36,707 nucleotides of DNA. Source: Cryomorphaceae bacterium. GTDB taxonomy: Bacteria > Bacteroidota > Bacteroidia > Flavobacteriales > Schleiferiaceae. Below, piece by piece: positions 29,674 to 36,707 of this stretch; the first letter of the stretch is position 1, and each line of letters begins with the position of its first letter. The stretch covers positions 1-36,707 of the forward strand of contig CATAPZ010000008.1 of assembly GCA_949486955.1 (NCBI GenBank), read 5' to 3'. Below the pieces are notes generated by a model. It was not told the origin of the DNA and did no database searches. It was given only the letters and a program-made list of their open reading frames with translations. Both the position numbers and the translations under genes were made by a program.

Positions 29674-30006
29674 GAGGTAAATCTAAGATTTTTGAAAGTC
29701 GATATTTAAGATGGAATCTTCTGCAAGCCTCGAATTTTCAACACATTGAGCCGATTGTGGTATTTTATACTGAAAAAATTTGGCTGTTTTATTTAAATAC
29801 TGATTATCAGTCAGTTACAAATCCCTTAAGAAAAACTTTTTATTAACACAACCCTAAAAAAATTTTGTTGAAAGAGAATTTATCAACAGATTTGTAATGC
29901 AAGCTAAAGAGGAAATTTTTTCTCTACGCAGCCCCCTTATTTTTAAGAGACACACGAACACGATCTCGAGACGTGAACAACCCCGAGAGAGGACCTTTTT
30001 TGAGCC
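29674..30006. other. AT-rich intergenic region upstream of dnaA: candidate oriC and dnaA promoter
   Basis: Largest non-coding stretch in the window. Contains A/T runs. DnaA-box-like 9-mers: TTATCAACA (29880-29888, 8/9 to TTATCCACA), TTATTAACA (29840-29848, 7/9), TTTTCAACA (29735-29743, 7/9). All genes to the right are on the plus strand and most to the left are on the minus strand. Confidence 0.4.
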
Positions 30007-31440
30007 ATGAGTAAAACAGTTGGGACTATTTGGAATGAAGCTTTAGAATTCATCAAGGATAACGTAGATGACCAGTGCTATGACACTTGGTTTTCACCTA
30101 TCAAACCGGTTAAAATTCAAGGCACTGTTCTAACAGTCCAAGTACCTTCCAAATTCTTCTATGAATACCTTGAGGAAAACTACATTTCCCTACTCAAAGC
30201 AGCCATAACTAAAGGACTAGGAGAAGGGGCCAAACTGGTCTACAGTATAGTCATGGAGAACTCTTATGACAACAGTACGCCACCTACAATGAAACTTCCT
30301 AGTTCAGGACGTAGAAAGCACAAGCCTCAGAGTGTCAATATGCCTGTGGCGATAACCAATGAAAAGAGTATTAAAAATCCTTTTGTAATCCCTGGATTGC
30401 AGAAGTTGAACATTGATAGTCAACTGAATCCAAACTACACCTTTGATAATTTCATTGAAGGTGATTGCAATAGACTTGCTAGATCTGCGGGCTTGGCGGT
30501 AGGTAAAAGCCCAGGTGGCACCTCCTTTAACCCTTTAATGCTCTATGGAGGTGTTGGCCTTGGTAAAACACACTTAGCACATTCTATTGGTGTAGAAATC
30601 AAAGACAACTACCCTGAAAAGACCGTATTGTATGTAAGTGCTGAGAAATTCACGCAACAATTCATTGATAGCATCCGCAATAACTCAAAAAATGACTTCG
30701 TACACTTCTATCAAATGATTGATGTGTTGATCATAGATGATGTGCAGAGTTTCTCAGGAAAAGAGAAGACTCAAGATGTATTCTTTGAAATCTTTAACCA
30801 CCTGCATCAAAACGGGAAGCAAATTATCCTCACATCAGATAGAGCTCCTGTGGAACTTCAAGGAATGGAGCAACGCTTGTTAAGTCGCTTTAAGTGGGGC
30901 TTGAGCGCTGATTTACAAAAGCCTGGACTTGAGACGCGCGTAGCTATCTTAGGTAAGAAACTGTACAATGACGGTATTGAAGTAGAGCAAGATATTGTTG
31001 AGTTTATCGCCTACTCTATCAACTCCAATGTACGTGAACTCGAGGGTGCTCTTATTAGCATTCTAGCCCAAAGCTCTTTGAATAAAAAGCAAATCACCAT
31101 GGAATTGGTAAAGTCGATGGTTGATAAGTTCGTAAAGAGCACGACTCGTGAAATTTCGATCGATTTTATCCAAAAAGTTGTTTGCGATTACTTCGATATG
31201 CCATTAGAGTTACTCAAATCGAAGACTCGTAAAAGAGAGATTGTTCAAGCCCGTCAATTGAGCATGTATTTTTCAAAACAATTGACTAAAAACAGCCTTG
31301 CTTCTATTGGTCAGCAATGTGGGAATAAAGACCACGCTACAGTACTGCACGCTTGCCGTACAGTGAATAATTTGAAGGAAACAGATAAGCGATTTAAGAC
31401 TTACGTGGATGATCTACAAAAGAGATTAACACTCGCTTAA
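30007..31440 (+). CDS. dnaA: chromosomal replication initiator protein DnaA
   Basis: AAA+ Walker A GGVGLGKTHL, Walker B LIIDDVQ, C-terminal DNA-binding domain IV (REIVQARQLSMYFSKQLT...DHATVLHA). Confidence 0.95.
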   Translation: MSKTVGTIWNEALEFIKDNVDDQCYDTWFSPIKPVKIQGTVLTVQVPSKFFYEYLEENYISLLKAAITKGLGEGAKLVYSIVMENSYDNSTPPTMKLPSSGRRKHKPQSVNMPVAITNEKSIKNPFVIPGLQKLNIDSQLNPNYTFDNFIEGDCNRLARSAGLAVGKSPGGTSFNPLMLYGGVGLGKTHLAHSIGVEIKDNYPEKTVLYVSAEKFTQQFIDSIRNNSKNDFVHFYQMIDVLIIDDVQSFSGKEKTQDVFFEIFNHLHQNGKQIILTSDRAPVELQGMEQRLLSRFKWGLSADLQKPGLETRVAILGKKLYNDGIEVEQDIVEFIAYSINSNVRELEGALISILAQSSLNKKQITMELVKSMVDKFVKSTTREISIDFIQKVVCDYFDMPLELLKSKTRKREIVQARQLSMYFSKQLTKNSLASIGQQCGNKDHATVLHACRTVNNLKETDKRFKTYVDDLQKRLTLA

Positions 31441-31464
31441 TTTTATATTACGATTGCATAAAAG

Positions 31465-31495
31465 AGTCAGTATCTTCGGGTACTGACTTTTTTTT
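31465..31495 (+). terminator. Rho-independent terminator downstream of dnaA
   Basis: AGTCAGTA (31465-31472) pairs with TACTGACT (31481-31488) across an 8-nt loop. A T7 run (31489-31495) follows and abuts the next ATG. Confidence 0.6.
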
Positions 31496-31942
31496 ATGAA
31501 TGTACTTATGGTATGCTTGGGAAACATTTGCCGTTCTCCCCTTGCACATGGAATTTTAGAATCAAAGGCACCTGAAGACTGGTATGTTGACAGTGCGGGT
31601 ACATCGGGTTGGCACGATGGTGAGCGACCGGATACCCGATCTATCATGACGGCAAAAGGTCGCGGATTGAACATAGACCAGCAGCGGTCTAGACCATTTT
31701 TAGCCGAAGATTTCGATAGGTTCGATATAATTTTCGCGATGGACAGTTCCAACTACTCGAACATTGCTCGACTTGCACCAGATGAAGTATCAAAAGAAAA
31801 AGTGCGCTTAATTATGAATGAAGCTTATCCAGAGGAAAACAGGCAAGTACCTGATCCATATACAGGTGGACAGCGTGGTTTTGAAGATGTCTATGATATG
31901 CTTGAATTAGCCATTGATAAATTCTTAGAACAGCATTTATGA
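31496..31942 (+). CDS. low-molecular-weight protein-tyrosine phosphatase
   Basis: CX5R(S) P-loop CLGNICRSP at the N-terminus and a DPY general-acid motif (VPDPYTGG). 148 aa. Confidence 0.85.
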   Translation: MNVLMVCLGNICRSPLAHGILESKAPEDWYVDSAGTSGWHDGERPDTRSIMTAKGRGLNIDQQRSRPFLAEDFDRFDIIFAMDSSNYSNIARLAPDEVSKEKVRLIMNEAYPEENRQVPDPYTGGQRGFEDVYDMLELAIDKFLEQHL

Positions 31943-32637
31943 AAGGGACTATCTACCTTATTCCCAATAGTTTAGGAGAAGAAAATTTTACTGAAATACT
32001 TCCTCCGGATGTAGTGAAGATTATTGATTCACTTGAGTATTTCATTGTTGAAAATGAGAAAACAGCTAGAGCCTTTATCAAGCGTCTTCTTCCGGAGAAG
32101 GTACAGCGAGAAATCAACATGGAAATTCTTGACAAACACACTGATCCATTAGACTTACCTGGTTTTTTAAAACCTGTAGAAAGAGGTGAAAATGTTGGGA
32201 TTATTTCAGAGGCTGGAGTCCCCTGTGTTGCAGATCCTGGAGCAGAGATAGTCAGTATTGCCCATCGTAAAGGACTTTCCGTCAAACCTTTAGTCGGTCC
32301 CTCCTCTATTCTACTTGCTCTTATGGGAAGTGGATTTAACGGACAACAATTCACCTTTCGAGGATACCTTCCTTTTGACCAAGGGATTCGAAGGCGTGTT
32401 TTTCAGGCGATGACAAAGGATTTAAAGGATGGTATTACTCAGATCTTTATGGAGACCCCATACCGTAACAATAAACTTGTGGAAGAGCTCTTAAAAGTCC
32501 TTCATCCCGAGACAAAGTTGTGTATAGCCTGCGATATCACGCTGCAAAATGAGTACATTGAAACTAAGACTATTGCCGATTGGGCAAGTAATTTGCCTGA
32601 TTTACACAAACGACCAACCATTTTCCTCCTTGACTAA
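31939..32637 (+). CDS. SAM-dependent methyltransferase, tetrapyrrole-methylase fold (RsmI-like)
   Basis: GIISEAGVPCVADPGAEIV and GPSSILLALMGSG blocks resemble RsmI. ATGA overlap with the upstream stop. Confidence 0.7.
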   Translation: MKGTIYLIPNSLGEENFTEILPPDVVKIIDSLEYFIVENEKTARAFIKRLLPEKVQREINMEILDKHTDPLDLPGFLKPVERGENVGIISEAGVPCVADPGAEIVSIAHRKGLSVKPLVGPSSILLALMGSGFNGQQFTFRGYLPFDQGIRRRVFQAMTKDLKDGITQIFMETPYRNNKLVEELLKVLHPETKLCIACDITLQNEYIETKTIADWASNLPDLHKRPTIFLLD

Positions 32638-34863
32638 ATGACTGATTGGAACCCAGAAGATAAAGCACTCATTGATAATGCGTTCAAAGATTTATTGAAC
32701 AGCATTGAATACAAGACAGATAAGGACGATGTCGATCTGATTAAGCGTGCCTTTCGACTTGCCAATGATGCTCACAATGGAATACGGAGAAAAACGGGAG
32801 AACCGTACATCACTCATCCTATTGAAGTTGCACAGATAGTTGCCACAGAAATTGGTCTTGGCCCTACAAGTATTTCCACGGCGTTGATGCATGATGTTGT
32901 TGAAGACAGCGATTATACACTTGACGACATTGAAAGCATGTTTGGTAAAAATATTGCCAAACTCATCGATGGTTTGACAAAGATCAGTGGTGTTACTTCC
33001 GTAGACAATAACATGCAACTTGAAAATTACCGGAAAATGCTCCTTACTATCAGTGACGATATCCGAGTAATCCTTATCAAGATTGCGGACCGAATGCACA
33101 ACATGCGCACAATGCATGGAATGCCCTCACACAAGCAACTTACCAAGGCTTCTGAAACCCTATTTATTTACGCCCCTCTTGCACATAGACTAGGTTTATA
33201 CCGCATTAAGACAGAGCTAGAAGATCAAAGCCTAAAGTATACTGAGCCAGAAGTATATACTGAGATTCATGATCAGATGAAAGCTCTTGAAATAGCAGAT
33301 TTCACCTACTTAAATAAATTTGTTGCAACTGTAGAGAAAGAACTTAATGAGGCAGGGTTATCTTTTAAAATAAAGAAGCGGACAAAGAGTATATATTCCA
33401 TTCGTCGTAAGATGAAAAACCAAGGTGTTCGCTTTGATGAAGTCTATGACAAGTATGCAATCCGAATTATTTTGGACTCTTCACTAGAGCAAGAAAAAGC
33501 AGATTGTTGGAAAGCGTACTCACTAGTAACCGAAAACTATAGTCCAAATCCACTTCGCTTGAGGGATTGGATCTCATCTCCGAAAAGCAATGGTTACGAA
33601 AGTTTACATACTACCGTTATGGGTCCGGATGGTAGATGGGTTGAAGTGCAAATACGAACCGCGAGAATGGACGATGTTGCCGAAAATGGCTTTGCAGCGC
33701 ATTGGAAGTACAAAGAAGATAGTTCTGGCTCTAACTCACTTGATACGTGGTTGATGAGAATTAAAGAATTCTTAGATGACCCTGATAACGATAACGAAGA
33801 TTTTATTGAGAGCTTCCAGATGAATCTGTTCGCTTCCGAGATTTTCGTCTTTACCCCAAAAGGAGAAATGCGCACGCTGCCAAAAGGTGCTACCGCACTT
33901 GATTTTGCTTTTGATATTCATAGTGATGTTGGAGCGCGCTGCCTAGGTACTAAGGTCAATGGTAAATTGGTTCCACTTTCTACCCCACTTAAATCCGGTG
34001 ATCAGATTGAAATCTTGACTTCCATGAAGCAAGAGCCAAAGGAAGATTGGCTGAGTTTTGTAAAAACAGGAAAAGCGAAACAGCGCATTAAAAGATCGCT
34101 GAAGAAGGAAAAACAAATAATATCTGGACAAGGCTACATGATGCTTGAGCGCAAATTGCGCGTTCTCAAGCTAAAGGCTACTTCAAGTAATATTCAGAAG
34201 CTAGTCAACTATTACGGTCTAAAGAATCCTGAAGAATTATATTACAAGGTAGGACTTGGGGTCATTGACAACAAGAAGCTTCGGCAGTATGCACGTGAGA
34301 CATCGGGTTTTGTAAACTATTTCCGATCGAGAATCGTCAAGAGTTCTTACGCCAAGGCAAAGCTTGTAACCAAAGGTCAAAAGCCAAAAGATACTGGTGC
34401 AGAACATGTAGAACTTGTCTTTGGGAACGACGAACAGCAACTCGACTATTCGCTTGCCAAATGCTGCTCACCTTTGCCTGGTGAACGCGTATTTGGCTTT
34501 ATTACGACCGCAGAAGGCATCAAAGTACATAGACATGATTGTCCCAATGCTGTAATGCTTCAAGGACGATTTGCGAACCGAGTCATGAAAGCACATTGGA
34601 TCGCAACCGAGCGTGCAAGAGTTACAGTTAATATTGAAATAACCGGGGCGGACAGAATGGGTATCGTAAATGATGTCACTAAAATCGTTTCTGGAGACTT
34701 AAATATTAATATTAAAGCCATTTCTTTCTCGGTAGATGATGGGTTATTCACAGGTCAGTTAACCATAGAAGTCGCGGATAAAGTGGGTTTGACCGACACT
34801 ATTAACAATATCAAGTCACTAGAGGGAATTAGCGCCGTAAATAGGGTGGGTAAATTCAATTAG
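32638..34863 (+). CDS. rsh: bifunctional (p)ppGpp synthetase/hydrolase, RelA/SpoT homologue
   Basis: HD hydrolase domain (HPIEVAQIV, HDVVEDS), synthetase domain (KSIYSIRRKM, YESLHTTV), TGS (VFTPKGEMRTLPKGATALDFAF), C-terminal ACT. 741 aa. Confidence 0.9.
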   Translation: MTDWNPEDKALIDNAFKDLLNSIEYKTDKDDVDLIKRAFRLANDAHNGIRRKTGEPYITHPIEVAQIVATEIGLGPTSISTALMHDVVEDSDYTLDDIESMFGKNIAKLIDGLTKISGVTSVDNNMQLENYRKMLLTISDDIRVILIKIADRMHNMRTMHGMPSHKQLTKASETLFIYAPLAHRLGLYRIKTELEDQSLKYTEPEVYTEIHDQMKALEIADFTYLNKFVATVEKELNEAGLSFKIKKRTKSIYSIRRKMKNQGVRFDEVYDKYAIRIILDSSLEQEKADCWKAYSLVTENYSPNPLRLRDWISSPKSNGYESLHTTVMGPDGRWVEVQIRTARMDDVAENGFAAHWKYKEDSSGSNSLDTWLMRIKEFLDDPDNDNEDFIESFQMNLFASEIFVFTPKGEMRTLPKGATALDFAFDIHSDVGARCLGTKVNGKLVPLSTPLKSGDQIEILTSMKQEPKEDWLSFVKTGKAKQRIKRSLKKEKQIISGQGYMMLERKLRVLKLKATSSNIQKLVNYYGLKNPEELYYKVGLGVIDNKKLRQYARETSGFVNYFRSRIVKSSYAKAKLVTKGQKPKDTGAEHVELVFGNDEQQLDYSLAKCCSPLPGERVFGFITTAEGIKVHRHDCPNAVMLQGRFANRVMKAHWIATERARVTVNIEITGADRMGIVNDVTKIVSGDLNINIKAISFSVDDGLFTGQLTIEVADKVGLTDTINNIKSLEGISAVNRVGKFN

Positions 34864-34892
34864 TAGAAGTATTTTAGCGCTTTAGTTCTCAC

Positions 34893-35330
34893 ATGAGCCA
34901 TTTAGACGCACAGGAACAAGTAAAAAAGGTGTTCAGCACTTTTCTGGAGGAAAACAAGCAACGTAAAACTCCCGAACGCTTTGCCATACTTAAAGAGGTC
35001 TACGAGAGTAACGATCACTTTGATGTTGAAACCCTGTATCTAAACATGAAATCCAAGAACTACCGTGTATCGCGAGCAACACTTTACAACACCATTGAAC
35101 TACTGCTTACCTGTGGATTGATTCGAAAGCACCAGTTCGGTCAGAATCAAAGCTTCTACGAGAAATCTTATTTCAACAAGCAGCACGATCATGTCATTTT
35201 AGATTCAGGTGAAGTTTATGAGTTCTGCGATCCTAGAATTGAAAACATTAAAAAAACGATAGAGGAAGTCTTCAACGTAGATGTAAGCAGCCACAGCCTA
35301 TATTTCTACGCAAAGAAGAAGGAATCCTAA
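34893..35330 (+). CDS. Fur-family transcriptional repressor
   Basis: N-terminal winged helix ([13 protein letters not shown]...[11 protein letters not shown]) and an HDH metal-site block. 145 aa. No CxxC pairs. Confidence 0.75.
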   Translation: MSHLDAQEQVKKVFSTFLEENKQRKTPERFAILKEVYESNDHFDVETLYLNMKSKNYRVSRATLYNTIELLLTCGLIRKHQFGQNQSFYEKSYFNKQHDHVILDSGEVYEFCDPRIENIKKTIEEVFNVDVSSHSLYFYAKKKES

Positions 35331-35341
35331 TTACTTAAGCC

Positions 35342-36613
35342 ATGGCAGTAGATGTACTACTAGGTCTCCAATGGGGAGATGAAGGAAAAGGAAAGATTGT
35401 TGATGTACTTACGCGTAAGTATGATATTATCGCACGCTTTCAAGGGGGTCCGAACGCAGGACACACACTTGAATTTGAAGGCAAGAAACACGTACTACAC
35501 ACCATTCCTTCTGGAGTATTCCATGAAAAGGTTTGTAATGTGGTTGGTAATGGCGTCGTGATTGACCCAGTAATCTTTAAGGGCGAATTGGACAAACTGA
35601 TTGCCCAAGAGCCTGATGTATTGTCTCGTTTAAAAATTTCACGAAAGGCACACCTTATCTTGCCATCACACCGCCTATTAGACGCGGCTAGTGAAGCTGC
35701 GAAAGGAAAGAAAAAAATAGGTTCAACGCTGAAAGGAATTGGACCGACATACATGGATAAAACCGGTAGAAATGGCCTTCGCGTTGGTGATATTCAATTG
35801 GACAACTTTCAAGAACTTTACAACAATCTCGTTACCAAGCACAAGCAATTGCTAAGTGGATATCCAGATTTTACTTACGATTTAAGTGAACTCGAGCCGA
35901 CTTGGTTTGAAGCTATTGAGTACCTAAGAACACTTGATATCATTGATAGCGAACCGTATGTACACCAAGCAATCAAAGATGGGAGAACTATTTTGGCCGA
36001 GGGTGCTCAGGGCACCTTGCTTGATATCGATTTCGGAACTTACCCGTTCGTAACCTCTTCGAATACAACTTGTGCTGGCGCTTGTACTGGCCTCGGTGTT
36101 GCGCCGAACCGTATTAAGAACGTGTATGGTATTTTCAAGGCGTACTGTACTCGTGTGGGTTCAGGCCCCTTCCCTACGGAATTGTTTGACGAAACTGGTG
36201 AGACCATTCAAGCACAAGGCCACGAATTCGGAGCCACTACAGGTCGTCCAAGAAGATGTGGATGGTTAGATTTACCTGCACTTAAATACGCTATCGACGT
36301 AAATGGCGTTACAGAACTGATGATGATGAAAGCTGATGTTCTTAGTGGTATTGGAAACTTAAAGGTTTGTACTGCTTACCGTTATAAAGGTGAGGTCATT
36401 GAACACCTTCCTTACAAGCTTGAGGAAGACTTGATTGAGCCGATTTTCACTGAAGTTTCAGGTTGGGATGAAGATCTTACGAAGATGACCTCAGAAGATG
36501 AATTCCCGGAGAGCTTTAAATCGTACATCGATTATATCGAGAAAGAAGTAGGTGTGCCGATATCTTTAATTAGCGTAGGCCCTGACCGAGCGCAAACTAT
36601 TATGAGAAAATAA
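35342..36613 (+). CDS. purA: adenylosuccinate synthase
   Basis: P-loop QWGDEGKGK, GIGPTYMDK, GAQGTLLDIDFGTYPFVTSS, TTGRPRRCGWLD. Confidence 0.95.
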   Translation: MAVDVLLGLQWGDEGKGKIVDVLTRKYDIIARFQGGPNAGHTLEFEGKKHVLHTIPSGVFHEKVCNVVGNGVVIDPVIFKGELDKLIAQEPDVLSRLKISRKAHLILPSHRLLDAASEAAKGKKKIGSTLKGIGPTYMDKTGRNGLRVGDIQLDNFQELYNNLVTKHKQLLSGYPDFTYDLSELEPTWFEAIEYLRTLDIIDSEPYVHQAIKDGRTILAEGAQGTLLDIDFGTYPFVTSSNTTCAGACTGLGVAPNRIKNVYGIFKAYCTRVGSGPFPTELFDETGETIQAQGHEFGATTGRPRRCGWLDLPALKYAIDVNGVTELMMMKADVLSGIGNLKVCTAYRYKGEVIEHLPYKLEEDLIEPIFTEVSGWDEDLTKMTSEDEFPESFKSYIDYIEKEVGVPISLISVGPDRAQTIMRK

Positions 36614-36707
36614 TGATGAGGGCCTTTCTTTTTGGATGGGCCCTTCTTTTTGTCTGTACCTCTGCAGAGGCACAGACTAAGATTCGTATTCTCAGCTCTG
36701 ACATTAC
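36613..36707 (+). CDS. 5' end of a secreted protein (truncated by the window edge)
   Basis: My own translation gives MMRAFLFGWALLFVCTSAEA/QTKIRILSSDI, a clean signal peptide. The ATG shares one nt with the purA TAA. Too short to appear in the ORF track. Confidence 0.4.
   Translation, partial: MMRAFLFGWALLFVCTSAEAQTKIRILSSDI

Noticed and set aside
29800-29810. CTGATTATCAG palindrome and duplicated ATACTGA (29767-29773, 29797-29803) in the dnaA upstream region.
   Set aside because: These are short, AT-rich and unrelated to the DnaA-box consensus. They are noted only as context for the oriC hypothesis.
29941-30006. Possible hairpin plus T-run (TCTCG...CGAGA, then TTTTTT) just before the dnaA ATG as an attenuator.
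   Set aside because: The stem is only 5 bp with a long loop, which is not convincing as a terminator.
31426-33117. The longest antisense ORFs (31426-31752, 31953-32354, 32692-33117; 108-141 aa) opposite the phosphatase, methyltransferase and RSH genes.
   Set aside because: Each lies fully inside a well-supported sense gene with strong family motifs. Their sequences are compositionally odd (Ser/Pro/Cys-rich or Ile/Val/Asn-rich) with no motifs. This is typical of shadow ORFs.

Overview
This window looks like a gene-dense chromosomal core segment of a Bacteroidota genome, probably Flavobacteriia-like. The evidence for that placement is a T9SS-type C-terminal sorting domain, the bamD-rpoZ-coaBC-DUF4835-like-recN and dnaA-LMW-PTP-methyltransferase-RSH-fur-purA gene orders, exact TAnnTTTG -7 promoter boxes, and no Shine-Dalgarno sequences. 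I support 38 complete CDS plus 2 edge-truncated CDS. Many junctions overlap (ATGA or TAATG). The only sizeable non-coding stretch is the 333-bp AT-rich region upstream of dnaA, which is a candidate oriC. I see no rRNA, tRNA, CRISPR array, IS or transposase, integrase, phage gene, or recognisable defence or toxin-antitoxin module. Most of the window is housekeeping: prfC, fabI, recN, coaBC, rpoZ, bamD, dapA, ligA, prmC, ribD, dnaA, rsh, purA. The most interesting structure is an eight-gene, single-strand light module at 4339-11082. It is headed by a MerR regulator with an intact CarH-type AdoB12 signature (Wx9EH plus ExHxxG). An ECF sigma follows without a cis anti-sigma, then crtI-crtB-idi, an animal-type 6-pyruvoyl-tetrahydropterin synthase, folE and a photolyase/cryptochrome. 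Secondary leads are: a dihydroorotase-like protein with degenerate metal ligands; an LpxH-like phosphoesterase fused in operon to a GT-B glycosyltransferase behind a strong terminator; a conserved 475-aa protein of unknown function; a GT-C membrane glycosyltransferase coupled to prfC; and a T9SS gluzincin protease. I do not see convincing evidence for a wholly new system such as a defence island. The findings are therefore scored modestly and the inferential parts are labelled.
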